From Macrostomum hystrix (taxonomy: Eukaryota > Animalia > Platyhelminthes), in contig CATNEN010000007.1 in assembly GCA_950097015.1 (NCBI GenBank), positions 8,866,001 through 8,930,000 of the forward strand: 64,000 bases of DNA, in the 5' to 3' direction. Every line of letters begins with the position of its first letter. The first letter of the stretch is position 1. The notes under the pieces were generated by a model that was not told where the DNA came from, did not search any database, and saw nothing but the letters and a program-made list of their open reading frames with translations. Positions 50,712 through 64,000 of this stretch are shown piece by piece. The translations under genes and the position numbers were made by a program.

Positions 50712-53700
50712 GCTGCGACTTCGGAATTCTCTGCTGCGATTCCACAATTCTTGCTGCGATTCCATAATTCTTGCTGCGATTCTAGAATTCTCGCTGTGAT
50801 TCTAGAATTCTTGCTGCGATTCCATAATTCTTGCTGCGATTCCATAATTCTTGCTGCGATTCCATAATTCTCGCTGAAATTCTAGAAATCTTGCTATAAT
50901 TCTAGAATTCTTGCTGCGATTCCAGAATTCTCGCTGCGATTCTAGAGTTCTCGCTGCAATTCTAGAGTTCTCGCTGCGATTCTAGAGTTCTCGCTGCGAT
51001 TCTAGAGTTCTCGCTGCAATTCTAGAGTTCTCGCTGCAATTCCAGAATTCTCGCTGCGATTCTAGAGTTCTCGCTGCGATTCTAGAATTCTTGCTGCGAT
51101 TCCATAATTCTCGTTGCGATTCTAGAGTTCTCGCTGCGATTCTAGAATTCTTGCTGCGATTCCATAATTCTTGCTGCGATTCTAGAGTTCTCACTGCGAT
51201 TCTAGAGTTCTCGCTGCAATTCCAGAATTCTCGCTGCGATTCTAGAGTTCTCGCTGCGATTCTAGAGTTCTCGCTGCAATTCCAGAGTTCTCGCTGGGAT
51301 TCTAGAGTTCTCGCTGCAATTCTAGAGTTCTCGCTGGGATTCTAGAGTTCTCGCTGCGATTCCATAATTCTTGCTGCGATTCCATAATTCTTGCTGCGAT
51401 TCAATAATTCTCGCTGAAATTCAAGAAATCTTGCTATGATTCTAGAATTCTTGCTGCGATTCCAGAATTCTCGCTGCGATTCTAGAGTTCTCGCTGCGAT
51501 TCTAGAATTCTTGCTGCGATTCCAGAATTCTCGCTGCGATTCTAGAGTTCTCGCTACAATTCTAGAGTTCTCGCTGCGATTCTAGAGTTCTCGCTGCGAT
51601 TCTAGAGTTCTCGCTGCGATTCTAGAATTCTCGCTGCGATTCTAAAGTTCTCGCTGCGATTCCAGAATTCTCGCTGCAATTCTAGAGTTCTCGCTGCGAT
51701 TCTAGAATTCCTGCTGCGATTCCATAATTCTTTCTGCGATTCCATAATTCTTGCTGCGATTCAATAATTCTCGCTGAAATTCTAGAAATCTTGCTATGAT
51801 TCTAGAATTCTTGCTGCGATTCCAGAATTCTCGCTGCGATTCTAGAGTTCTCGCTACAATTCTAGAGTTCTCGCTGCGATTCTAGAGTTCTCGCTGCGAT
51901 TCTAGAGTTCTCGCTGCAATTCCAGAATTCTCGCTGCGATTCCATAATTATTGCTGCGATTCCAGAATTCTCGCTGCGATTCTAGAGTTCTCGCTACAAT
52001 TCTAGAGTTCTCGCTGCGATTCTAGAGTTCTCGCTGGGATTCTAGAGTTCTCGCTGCAATTCTAGAATTCTCGCTGCGATTCCAGAATTCTCGCTGCGAT
52101 TCTAGAGTTCTCGCTGCGATTCTAGAATTCTTGCTGCGATTCCAGAATTCTCGCTGCGATTCTAGAGTTCTCGCTACAATTCTAGAGTTCTCGCTGCGAT
52201 TCTAGAGTTCTCGCTGCGATTCTAGAGTTCTCGCTGCGATTCTAGAATTCTCGCTGCGATTCTAAAGTTCTCGCTGCGATTCCAGAATTCTCGCTGCAAT
52301 TCTAGAGTTCTCGCTGCGATTCTAGAATTCCTGCTGCGATTCCATAATTCTTTCTGCGATTCCATAATTCTTGCTGCGATTCAATAATTCTCGCTGAAAT
52401 TCTAGAAATCTTGCTATGATTCTAGAATTCTTGCTGCGATTCCAGAATTCTCGCTGCGATTCTAGAGTTCTCGCTACAATTCTAGAGTTCTCGCTGCGAT
52501 TCTAGAGTTCTCGCTGCGATTCTAGAGTTCTCGCTGCAATTCCAGAATTCTCGCTGCGATTCCATAATTATTGCTGCGATTCCAGAATTCTCGCTGCGAT
52601 TCTAGAGTTCTCGCTACAATTCTAGAGTTCTCGCTGCGATTCTAGAGTTCTCGCTGCAATTCCAGAATTCTCGCTGCGATTCCATAATTATTGCTGCGAT
52701 TCTAGAATTCTTGCTGCGGTTCTATAATTCTTGCTGCGATTCTAGAATTCTTGCTGCGATTCTAGAAATCTCGCTATGATTCTAGAATTCTTGCTGCGAT
52801 TCCAGAATTATCGCTGCGATTCTAGAGTTCTCGCTACAATTCTAGAGTTCTCGCTGCAATTCCAGAGTTCTCGCTGGGATTCTAGAGTTCTCGCTGCGAT
52901 TCTAGATTTCTCGCTGCAATTCTAGAGTTCTCGCTGCGATTCTAGAGTTCTCGCTGCGATTCTAGAGTTCTCGCTGCGATTCTAGAGTTCTCGCTGCAAT
53001 TCCAGAGTTCTCGCTGGGATTCTAGAGTTCTCGCTGCAATTCTAGAGTTCTCGCTGCGATTCTAGATTTCTCGCTGCAATTCTAGAGTTCTCGCTGGGAT
53101 TCTAGAGTTCTCGCTGCGATTCTAGAGTTCTCGCTGCGATTCTAGAGTTCTCGCTGCAATTCTAGAGTTCTCGCTGCGATTCTAGAGTTCTCGCTGCGAT
53201 TCTAGAGTTCTCGCTGCAATTCCAGAATTCTCGCTGCGATTCTAGAGTTCTCGCTGCAATTCTAGAGTTCTCGCTGGGATTGTAGAGTTCTCGCTGCGAT
53301 TGTAGAGTTCTCGCTACAATTCTAGAGTTCTCGCTGCGATTCTAGAGTTCTCGCTGCGATTGTAGAGTTCTCGCTACAATTCTAGAGTTCTCGCTGCGAT
53401 TCTAGAGTTCTCGCTGCGATTCTAGAGTTCTCGCTGCGATTCTAGAATTCTCGCTGCGATTCTAAAGTTCTCGCTGTGATTCTAGAATTCTCGCTGCGAT
53501 TCTAGAGTTCTCGCTGCAATTCCAGAGTTCTCGCTTCGATTCTAGAGGTCTCGCTGTGATTCTAGAATTCTCGCTGCGATTCTAAAGTTCTCGCTGTGAT
53601 TCTAGAATTCTCGCTGCGATTCTAGAGTTCTCGCTGCAATTCCAGAGTTCTCGCTTCGATTCTAGAGGTCTCGCTGGGATTCTAAAGTTCTCGCTGTGAT

Positions 53701-54042
53701 TCTAGAATTCTCGCTGCGATTCTAGAGTTCTCGCTGCAATTCTAGAGTTCTCGCTGCAATTCCAGAGTTCTCGCTTCGATTCTAGAGGTCTCGCTGGGAT
53801 TCTAGAGTTCTCGCTGCAATTCTAGAGTTCTCGCTGCGATTCTAGAGTTCTCGCTGTGATTCTAGAATTCTCGCTGCGATTCTAGAGTTCTCGCTGCAAT
53901 TCTAGAGTTCTCGCTGCAATTCCAGAGTTCTCGCTTCGATTCTAGAGGTCTCGCTGGGATTCTAGAGTTCTCGCTGCAATTCTAGAGTTCTCGCTGCGAT
54001 TCTAGAGTTCTCGCTGCGATTCTAGAATTCTTGCTACGATTC
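50712..54042. repeat. 20-bp satellite array with higher-order structure
   Basis: (TCTAGAGTTCTCGCTGCGAT)n, register kept over ~3.3 kb. Confidence 0.95.
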
Positions 54043-54273
54043 TTTCAATTACTTTTAATCTCTTAAGTTCTACATGTATGTAGAATGTAGAATACTACAA
54101 CCGACAGCGAATCAATCATGTTTCGTTTTCTGTCTTCTAATCTTTTATAAAAGACCGCGTTACTTGCAGACAAGTACATGTCACATTATTTTCTCATAAA
54201 TTAACATAGTTAACGAATGCTCCGCCTGCTACTGAATAAGTAATAAAGATAGGTTCTAGAGAATAATTCTCAC

Positions 54274-56368
54274 ATTCCTTCGATTTCAGTTCTTCGTAAA
54301 ATTCCGGATACACTCCTTCCTTCGATTCCAGATACACTTCTTCCTTCGATTCCGGATACACTTCTTCCTTCGATTCCAGCTACACTTCTTCCTTCGATTC
54401 CAAATACACTCCTTCCTTCGATTCCAGATACACTCCTTCCTTCGATTCCAGCTACACTTCTTCCTTCGATTCCAGCTACAGTTCTTCCTTCGATTCCAGA
54501 TACACTCCTTCCTTCGATTCCAGCTACACTTCTTCCTTCGATTCCAGATACAATTCTTCCTTCGATTCCAGCTACACTTCTTCATTCGATTCCAGCTACA
54601 GTTCTTCCTTCGATTCCAGCTACACTTCCTCCTTCGATTCCAGATACAATTCTTCCTTCGATTCCAGCTACACTCCTTCCTTCGATTCCAGCTACACTTC
54701 TTCCTTCGATTCCAGATACACTTCTTCCTTCGATTCCAGCTACACTTCTTCCTTCGATTCCAAATACACTCCTTCCTTCGATTCCAGATACACTCCTTCC
54801 TTCGATTCCAGCTACACTTCTTCCTTCGATTCCAGCTACAGTTCTTCCTTCGATTCCAGATACACTCCTTCCTTCGATTCCAGCTACACTTCTTCCTTCG
54901 ATTCCAGATACAATTCTTCCTTCGATTCCAGCTACACTTCTTCCTTCGATTCCAGCTACAGTTCTTCCTTCGATTCCAGCTACACTTCCTCCTTCGATTC
55001 CAGATACAATTCTTCCTTCGATTCCAGCTACAGTTCTTCCTTCGATTCCAGCTACACTCCTTCCTTCGATTCCAGCTACACTTCTTCCTTCGATTCCAGA
55101 TACACTTCTTCCTTCGATTCCAGCTACACTTCCTCCTTCGATTCCAGATACAATTCTTCCTTCGATTCCAGCTACAGTTCTTCCTTCGATTCCAGCTACA
55201 CTTCCTCCTTCGATTCCAGATACAATTCTTCCTTCGATTCCAGCTACAGTTCTTCCTTCGATTCCAGCTACACTCCTTCCTTCGATTCCAGCTACACTTC
55301 TTCCTTCGATTCCAGATACACTTCTTCCTTCGATTCCAGCTACACTTCCTTCTTCGATTCCAGCTACACTTCTTCCTTCGATTCCAGATACACTTCTTCC
55401 TTCGATTCCGGATACACTTCTTCCTTCGATTCCAGCTACACTTCTTCCTTCGATTCCAGCTACACTTCTTCCTTCGATTCCGGATACACTTCTTCCTTCG
55501 ATTCCAGCTACAGTTCTTCCTTCGATTCCAGCTACAGTTCTTCCTTCGATTCCAGCTACACTTCCTCCTTCGATTCCAGATACAATTCTTCCTTCGATTC
55601 CAGCTACAGTTCTTCCTTCGATTCCAGCTACACTCCTTCCTTCGATTCCAGCTACACTTCTTCCTTCGATTCCAGATACAGTTCTTCCTTCGATTCCAGC
55701 TACACTTCCTTCTTCGATTCCAGGTACACTTCTTCCTTCGATTCCAGATACACTTCTTCCTTCGATTCCGGATACACTTCTTCCTTCGATTCCAGCTACA
55801 CTTCTTCCTTCGATTCCAGCTACACTTCTTCCTTCGATTCCGGATACACTTCTTCCTTCGATTCCAGCTACAGTTCTTCCTTCGATTCCAGCTACACTTC
55901 CTTCTTCGATTCCAGCTACAATTCTTCCTTCGATTCCAGCTACAGTTCTTCCTTCGATTCCAGCTACACTCCTTCCTTCGATTCCAGCTACACTTCTTCC
56001 TTCGATTCCAGATACACTTCTTCCTTCGATTCCAGATACACTTCTTCCTTCGATTCCGGATACACTTCTTCCTTCGATTCCAGCTACACTTCTTCCTTCG
56101 ATTCCAGCTACACTTCTTCCTTCGATTCCGGATACACTTCTTCCTTCGATTCCAGCTACAGTTCTTCCTTCGATTCCAGCTACAGTTCTTCCTTCGATTC
56201 CAGCTACACTTCCTCCTTCGATTCCAGATACAATTCTTCCTTCGATTCCAGCTACAGTTCTTCCTTCGATTCCAGATACAGTTCTTCCTTCGATTCCAGA
56301 TACAATTCTTCCTTCGATTCCAGCTACAGTTCTTCCTTCGATTCCGCATACACTCCTTCCTTCGATTT
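54274..56368. repeat. 24-bp minisatellite
   Basis: (TTCCTTCGATTCCAGCTACACTTC)n. Confidence 0.95.
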
Positions 56369-57609
56369 CAGAGGAATTTTAGGAATTCGGACGATTTTGG
56401 AGGACGATTAAAAGTTAATTTTTGTTTTTATTAAAGTATTCGTACTCGAAGCATCTGTGATAGTTGGCTAGTATTGACCATTAAACCTGAGAACTCGAAA
56501 CAAGATTGTGTTTGAGTAGTTTTTCCAGTAAGCATTAATTTTCCAGCCGGTGATTTATGAGCTGTGGAGTATTTTTCAGCTGAATTTATGATGCCAGTCT
56601 GTTCTCTCTAGCCGTCTCGCAGCGAGTTGTAGGTGGCTGTATATCTCATTCTCATCGCCTGTCAAGTGGCGCTCCTGCCCGTGAGGTATTGTTGGCTAGC
56701 TTTTTTTAATAGAAAAACAGCCGACCCTCAGACTCAAATCTGACAATGCTTGAGTATGTAAAATTGGACTCAAGTGAGTCTGGGGTGAGCGCCTGCGATA
56801 CCGCACACACCAACCCGATTGTCTCTGACGGCTCTGACAGCCAACTCAATGGCCTGATTGACGAGGCCGGAGAGAATAGAAAGAAGCCGCCAGTCGCCTG
56901 AGCATGCGGCTCTGTGCTCCGCCAGCAGCGAGTCCTGAGTAGCTGCGTGACACCTCTCGGCTGGTGTTTGAGTGAGTTGACAGGCCGCTGCAGGGCTCTG
57001 GCGGGTGGGTGGGAAACGCTCAACAGTTTATTTTGTCGTGTTTGAGCCTGGCTTTTTCACCTGCCGCCTCTCCGCCGGTTCTCAGCGGCAATGCGAGATC
57101 AAATCAAGCGAAACTGCCGGCCAGGAATTCCGAGGGAGAGGGAGGGGGGTAGCCACCGTCTGGCTCGCTAGCTGCAATTCAACTGCTGTCAAAAGCTCTC
57201 CAAACTCTTGAGAGCTACTCAACACGGCTCAGTTATGGGCCTTGGCTGCTCAGCTCATTGCGCCCTGTCAAGCGGAGTTTTTGTCTCTGACAAAGGTGCA
57301 GCAGGGCTGGCCGCCCGTCTCACTGGGGCCGGCAGCTGGGGTGGCGGAGGGCTTAAGTTTGAGTCCAATGTTTGAGCAAGCTCTTATATTTTCGTTTGAC
57401 AGACTCGGGACACGGGGCGGAAGGCTGCGAGCCGAAAGGAGCGGCCAACGTTGCGGCGCCTTTCTTCTTTCCGCTGTTGAGTTTTTATTCTCCTGCTGCC
57501 AACAAAAGCCGACGCTTCTGCGCACCTTCAAAGGCTCGAGAGCGCGGAGTCCAGCTACTGGCGACCACAGCCGCAAAACATCCACAGCCTTCAGCCGCGA
57601 GAAAATACG

Positions 57610-58450
57610 ATGTCCTCCGCCCGGCAGCAGCATTCTGTGGTCGGCGCCGCCTTCTCCGTCAAGAACCTGCTGGCTCGGAAGTCGGCTCCGCGGGACGAAC
57701 TGCGGATGTGGGAGTCGCAGGTCAACCGAGTTCAGACAGGTCAGTTGGATGAGGCGCCGGATACGGAGTCTCGAACTTCGAACAGATCTCACTACGGATT
57801 CGAACTCTTGACCTTTTTACCCGATTTGCAGATCCGTTAACACCGCCGCCACCCTCTTTGTCGCCTGAAGTCGCCGCTGCGGCGGCAGCCGCGGTCGTCG
57901 CCTCCACTGACGGCGGCCGCGGAGCCGGAGGAGTCGCCTACTGCGCCAGCGACGATGCCGACTTTGACGTCGACGAAGACTCGCCAGCCGGCAAGAAGGA
58001 TGGCGCGGATGGCCAGGCTGGAAGGAAGCGGAAGCGGCGGATTCTGTTCACCAAGCAGCAGACGCTGGAGCTGGAACGCCGTTTCCATCAGCAGCGGTAC
58101 CTGTCCGCACCGGAGCGCGAGCACCTGGCCCGCTACGTGAACCTGTCGCCGACTCAGGTAAAAATCTGGTTCCAGAATCATCGCTACAAGATGAAGCGGG
58201 CCCGCACGAACGACAGTCAGGCCGAGGCGCAGGGGGCCGCTGCGAAGCTTCAGGAACAGCCGCAGCCGCATTACCAGCTGCAGTACCAGCCGCAGTACCA
58301 GCCGCAGTACCAGCCGCAGTACCAGCATTCATATCAGCATCACCTGCAGCATCAGCTGCATCCGTTGCACCAGTTCCATCAATTGGGACACGGGCCGTCA
58401 CATCTGCCTCCGCCACCGAATTCCATCCACATTCAACAGCAACAGCAAAC

Positions 58451-58483
<33 letters not shown>

Positions 58484-58556
58484 ATCGCACTATATGATGG
58501 CCCAGCTGGGTCTCATGCCGCCCTACGCACCGTTCGTCTCCAGCAGCATGTGGTGA
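57610..58556 (+). CDS. nkx2.2: NK2-class homeobox protein, Nkx2.2/vnd type
   Basis: Exons 57610-57739 and 57832-58556 (phase-1 GT-AG intron). TN/eh1 motif FSVKNLL; homeodomain [60 protein letters not shown] with the NK2 Tyr54; ends in Trp. Confidence 0.9.
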
Positions 58557-59357
58557 CGCCTTTCACTCTACCCAATCTCGCTACTTTCAGTAGCATAGAT
58601 AGTAAATGTCCTTTGCAAAGCACCAGAGTTTATTAGCCGTCTAACCGGCAACAGATTTTTGAGCTTCAATTTTTTTGACATAAATTTTTGCATTGTTGAA
58701 TTCATATAGCAAACATAAATGATTCTTTTCAATCAATATTGGGGAGGCCATTTTATGATGCAGCAGCTTTGTGCCTTCCCCGTTATGACAGACCAGTTTG
58801 ACAATTCAACATATGAATACAGCTTGAATAAAGCCGGAACACCTGCGCTGACCATGACAACGGCAGCCGCCCACTCCAGCACCCGCCCACGCAAGTGATA
58901 AATTTTGGCCATAAAATGCGCATCCCCGGGCCGATGGGAAAAAGTGGAAACTGGCCCGGACTGCAGGGACTGCGAGGGGCCCTCCTCAGTGCGTCAAAAT
59001 GGGTCCGCTGCGAGTCCTGGAATTGTTCGCTTCTGTTGCTCAACTGCCGTAGTCGCTTGTGTTTTTGCCAACACTCAAACCGGCCGTCTGGTGCCGGAGT
59101 CAGCCTGAGACTGCTCAACCGCTGTGAAATGAGGCTCGCTCGGCTTCACTCGCTGCTGTGTAATATAGAATGCCTTTCTTGTATTGCTGTTTTGATTTCT
59201 TTTCACTCAAAGTGGCCATATTGCGCTTGTTGCCTGTTTTTTGTAAATACAAATGGACTTCTAGATGTAGAACTTTCTAATTGAGCTCAGCAGCTTCATA
59301 TTGGAGAGCCTTGACTGCATCTTTGGGCCTGGCCGGCTTGGCTTCGGAATAGGAGCC

Positions 59358-60512
59358 GTGAGAATGGGAAAATGGGGTGAGAAAGAGAGAATGGGACAAT
59401 GGGGTGAGAAAGAGAGAATGGGTGAGAAAGAGAGTGGGTGAGAAAGAGAATGGTTGAGAAAGAGAGAATGGGTGAGAAAGATAGAATGGGTGAGAAAGAT
59501 AGAATGGGTGAGAAAGAGAGAATGGTTGAGAAAGAGCGAATGGGTGAGAAAGATAGAATGGGTGAGAATGAGAATGGGTGAGAAAGAGCGAATGGGTAAG
59601 AAAGAGAGAATTGATGAGAAAGAGAATGGGTGAGAAAGAGAGAATGGGTGAGAAAAAGCGAATGGGTGAGAAAGAGAATGGGTGAGAAAGAGCGAATGGG
59701 TGAGAAAAAGCGAATGGCTGAGAAAGAGATAATGGGTGAGAAACAGAATGGGTGAGAAAGAGAGAATGGGTGAGAAAGAGAGAATGGTTGAGAAAGAGAG
59801 AATGGGTGAGAAAGAGAGAATGGTTGAGAAAGAGAGAATGGGTGAGAAAAAGAGAATGGGTGAGAAAGAGAATGGGTGAGAAAGAGAGAATGGTTGAGAA
59901 AGAGAGAATGGGTGAGAAAGAGAGAATGGTTGAGAAAGAGAGAATGGGTGAGAAAAAGAGAATGGGTGAGAAAGAGAATGGGTGAGAAAGAGAATGGGTG
60001 AAAACAGAATGGGTGAGAAAGAGAGAATGGGTGAGAAAGAGAATGGGTGAGAAAGAGAATGGGTGAGAAAGAGAATGGGTGAGAAAGAGAGAATGGGTGA
60101 GAAAGATAGAATGGGTGAGAAAGATAGAATGGGTGAGAATGAGAATGGGTGAGAAAGAGCGAATGGGTGAGAAAGAGAGAATGGGTGAGAAAGAAAGAAT
60201 GGGTGAGAAAGAGAATGGGTGAGAAAGAGAGAATGGGTGAGAAAGAGAGAATGGGTGAGAAAGATAGAATGGGTGAGAATGAGAATGGGTGAGAAAGAGA
60301 ATGGGTGAGAAAGAGAGAATGGATGAGAAATAGAATGGGTGAGAAAGAGAGAATGTGTGAGAAAGAAAGAATAGGTGAGAAAGAGAGAATGGGTGAGAAA
60401 GAGAATGGGTGAGAAAGAGAGAATGGGTGAGAAAGAGAGAATGGGTGAGAAAGAGAGAATGGGTGAGAAAGAGAGAATGGGTGAGAAAGAGAGAATGGGT
60501 GAGAAAGAGAGA
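59358..60512. repeat. 16-18-bp purine-rich minisatellite
   Basis: (GAGAATGGGTGAGAAAGA)n. Confidence 0.95.
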
Positions 60513-60876
60513 ATTATATCTAGTTTCATTTGCCACAATAAACTGTTTAGACTGAGCTCCGACAGTCCAAGCAAGCGAGCGGTTCCATAGCGTCAGTTAT
60601 CGAGTCCGGCCCTGGGCTTTCGGTCGGCGGTGCGTGCTTGGCGCAGCCGCCGCACCAAAGGTGCAAACCGCCAGACCTGCGCCCGGTTGGCCCAGGTCAG
60701 GCCGAGTGGTTCTTATCGTAGTGAGGAGAGAGGGGGCCAGATTGTGGCAGAGAACGATTAAGCAGCCTTTGATAAATTCAGATTTTCTCTTGCCACATTA
60801 TAAACCTGCTGTTGCTGTTAGAAGAGAAGCCAAGCAGAGCAGTCAGTTGGGCAGGTGCTTAGAACTGAAAGCTAAA

Positions 60877-63748
60877 ATGACTTTTTCTACTCAAGTATCG
60901 CTGCTGCTGCTGCTGCTGCTGCTTCTGCAGGGGGTGATACTAGCGACGGCTCAGAGGAGGCTGAGCGATGACGAGATGAAGGGTGTCATAAATCTGCAGG
61001 ATTTTCGAAACTATCGGTGAGTACAGTTTAGATAATATATTTCTGACTCAATTTGCTCGCTGATGTCACCTGTCACATCAGATAAGGTGACAGGTGAAGT
61101 AGTGAGGTGACAGGTGAGGTCGTGAGGTGACAGCTGTGGTAGTGAGGTGCCAGGTGAGGTAGTGAGGTGCCAGGTGAGGTAGTGAGGTGACAGGTACCTG
61201 TGCATCAGTGTAATCAGTCGCGAAATCACCACAACAGAGGCAACCGACACGAGTGTCAGTACCTGGTGAAGCCGAGCGACGCCTACAGCGGCCGCGCCGG
61301 CATGTCCGGCGGCCAGGACAAGTTCTACCTGGAGTGCTGCGCTGGCCGGCAGATTTCGATCTGCGGTGGGCGCGCGTGAGTTTTTTATAACTTTAAACTC
61401 TTCTGCGTCATTTCTTTAAAAGAGGTTCGCTGAATTAGCTGCAATGACCCGGAGTCCCGAACCCTCTCGCAGCGCCACCTTCCAGTCCGACTGCTGCCCC
61501 GGCTTCAGCCGATTCGCCGACATAGACGGCAACAATGCCAACTGCAGCCAGCGCGTGCTGGCTGACCGCGAGCTCGGCAACTGGCTGGACGAGCTGCCGG
61601 CGTCGCAAGTCGGTCGATTCGCCAACGCGTTCACCAACAGCCCGCAGCTGGAGGGTGTCCTGAAGTCCGGCCGGCCGAACAATAATACCTGGACTCTCTT
61701 GGCGTTGGTGGACGATGCCTTCGATGAAAATGAGTACGTCCGATTGATTGGGCATCCTAGATTAGGAAAGGGTCAGATGGCCCATCCGATTTTGAGACAG
61801 CGCTTCATCTCAATGTTGAATATCAAGAAGATAGTTTGGATCAGATAGGAAAAAGTCCGTTTTCTTGTCAAGCTACAGAAAATTCACCCGCTGTCCATCT
61901 GAGTCCACTGTCCACCTCACTCCACTTTCCACCTCACTCCACTGTCCACCTCACTCCACTGTCCACCTCACTCCGCTGTCCACCTCACTCCACTGTCCAC
62001 CTCACTCCACTGTCCACCTCACTCCACTGTCCACCTCACTCCACTGTCCACCTCACTCCACTGCCAACCAACCCCAAATTTTACCAATTTCAACCAGCTT
62101 TCTGGTCTTCTTGTCCTGCACGAACGAGTCCATGGCGCAGGCGTACAGAAGTCAGCGCGTGACAACGACACCCCTGGACGGACGAGCTGGCGTGTCAGCG
62201 CTGAACCTAAAGGTTGCAGAAGGATCGCGTGCTCATAAGGCACTCATTTATAAGCAAAAGTGCAGAGAGTGAGTAATATTTGTTGAATAGCTAGTATAAT
62301 AATTATTTTTAACTGATAAGAGGCTGCTCCATCTACATAGAGCAATTTCGAATCCCATTTCTGCCAAGGCTCGAAGCCAACAATGTGACCGGATCTCTGG
62401 ACTTCCGCCTGGAGGCCTGGAAGCACCTCATTCCGGGCCGAAAGTACATCTCCGACCTGCAGCGGGAGGCCTCGGTCAGCTCCATGTTCACGATGGATTC
62501 TGGCGCGCCCTACCCGCTGAAGTTCTCCAGGTACTCCAACGGGGTGAGTCCTCAGTTCTGGTCAATTAAGCTTCTTCAAGTGGAATATAACAAGTACACA
62601 TGTACCTCGCTTATTAACTTCAGGTGGCCTGCGTTGAATGCTCGCCAATTGTAGAGGCGAATCACGAAGCGGCCAATGCTGTCATTCACTTCATTGGCAA
62701 GGTTGGATGGCTTTGCTGTTCCTCAAGGATATATTTGGTTTCGGGGATATTTGGTCATGGGGATATCATATGATTGGGATATTTTGTCATGAGAATATTT
62801 GGTCATGGGGGATATTTGGTCACTGGGGATATTTCGTCACGGGGATATTTCGTCACGGGGGTATTTGGTCACGGGGATATTTCGTCACGGGGATATTTGG
62901 TCACGGGGGATATTTTGTCACTGGGATATTTGGTCACTGGGATATTTCGTCACGGGGATATTTGGTCACGGGGGATATTTTGTCACGGGAGATATTTCGT
63001 CAGGGGGGTATTTGGTCACGGGGATATTTGGTCACGTGGATATTTGGTCACAGGGGATATTTCGTCGCGGGGGATATTTGGTCGCGGGGATATTTGGTCA
63101 CTGGGATATTTGGTCGCGGGGATATTTGGTCACGGGGGATATTTGGTCACGTGGGATATTTGGTCACGGGGATATTTTGTCACGGGCATATTTGGTCGAG
63201 GGGATATTTAAGCACGTGGACATTTGGTAATATTTATACTTAGCTATACGGATGTTCGCAATGAAGTCCAGGTCTCTAAGATGCGTTCTCCATCTCTTCT
63301 GACCAGAGCATACTCACAAGATCGCCAGCCATGACCCTGGGCGGCCTGCTGCAGTCCCGCTTCCCCGAATTCTGGTCGCTGATGCCGAAGCCGGAGCAGC
63401 TGCTGCTGCAACAGTCCAGCTGCGACGCCTTCTACACCGTCCTGGTGCCGCAGCGGCTAAACACTCTGCGAGGCCTCAGCGGAGATCAGCGCACTGCGGC
63501 GATGCGGGAGCACATTGTAAAAGGACTCTGGTGCACGGCCGGTATGATCGACCAGGAGACACAGCCGATGGCCACGGTGTCAACGGAGAGCGTCAAGTTT
63601 GCCTGCGCCGAGAACTCGGCTAGGCAGGTCCGGTTCGGCAAGAACTTCAACAGGCGCGCGACCTTGTCCAGCAGCGCTGGCGAGTTCGATGTGATGGCCA
63701 TCAACGGAGTGCTGCACGTGATCGACGCCGAGATCATACCGACGGAGG
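60877..63748 (+). CDS. Periostin/TGFBI-like secreted protein (EMI + FAS1 domains); continues beyond the window
   Basis: Phase-consistent exons 60877-61016, 61238-61375, 61473-61733, 62098-62268 (tentative), 62369-62543, 62624-62701, 63307-63748. Signal peptide; EMI ICGG..DCCPGF; FAS1 motifs WTLLALVDDAF, YSNGVACVEC..ANAVIHFI, FYTVLVP, DVMAINGVLHVID. Confidence 0.82.
61085..61194. repeat. Short intronic GTGAG-rich repeat
   Basis: AGGTGACAGGTGAGGTAGTGAGG units. Confidence 0.75.
61894..62062. repeat. 17-bp intronic minisatellite
   Basis: (TCCACTGTCCACCTCAC)n; a related degenerate array lies at 63803-63943. Confidence 0.9.
62726..63227. repeat. 15-17-bp intronic minisatellite
   Basis: (GGGGATATTTGGTCAC)n. 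Confidence 0.9.
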
Positions 63749-64000
63749 GTGAGGCTCTCCCTCGTACTGGTTCAGATGTTCAAACATTAACTGTCGAACT
63801 TACCCTCAACCTCATTCCGCTGCCAACCTCACTCCGCTGCCAACCTCACTCCGCTGCCAACCTCACTCTGCTGCCAACCTCACTCCCCTGCCAACCTCAC
63901 TCCGCTGTCAACATCGTTCCGCTACCAACCTCACTCCGCTGCCCTCAAAGCGAACTCCTGTATCTTTATCCATAAAGCACTTTTACAACGTAGATACCAC

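Noticed and set aside
54286-56349. 687-aa (WNRRKKCS)n ORF resembling a protamine-like protein
   Set aside because: 24-bp unit lacking stops, no unique flanks or clear start context; only RNA or ribosome data could rescue it

Overview
Animal genomic DNA with GC-rich exons, GT-AG introns and a very high load of minisatellites. The style suggests a flatworm such as Macrostomum (inference, not checked). Most long ORFs in the six-frame track are repeat artefacts. Genes rebuilt by hand from splice sites and reading phase: the 3' part of an F-BAR/RhoGAP (ARHGAP29/45-like), an intronless WASHC3/CCDC53, an alpha-tubulin pseudogene split by a solo LTR, an intronless TIR-less LRR receptor, a tandem array of secreted-protein paralogues (one intact, one disrupted, one fragment), an 8-exon netrin on the minus strand, a head-to-head pair of TRIM-NHL genes, an Nkx2.2/vnd homeobox gene, and the 5' part of a periostin/TGFBI-like fasciclin gene. 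Mobile DNA: a decayed Crypton-like tyrosine-recombinase element with a nested CORE-type tRNA SINE, a solo LTR and a further SINE head. Most notable pattern: intronic minisatellites appear polarised, with donor-like motifs near 5' splice sites and branch-point/acceptor-like motifs near 3' splice sites. All gene models and family calls come from reading the sequence and recalled family motifs, with no database search.
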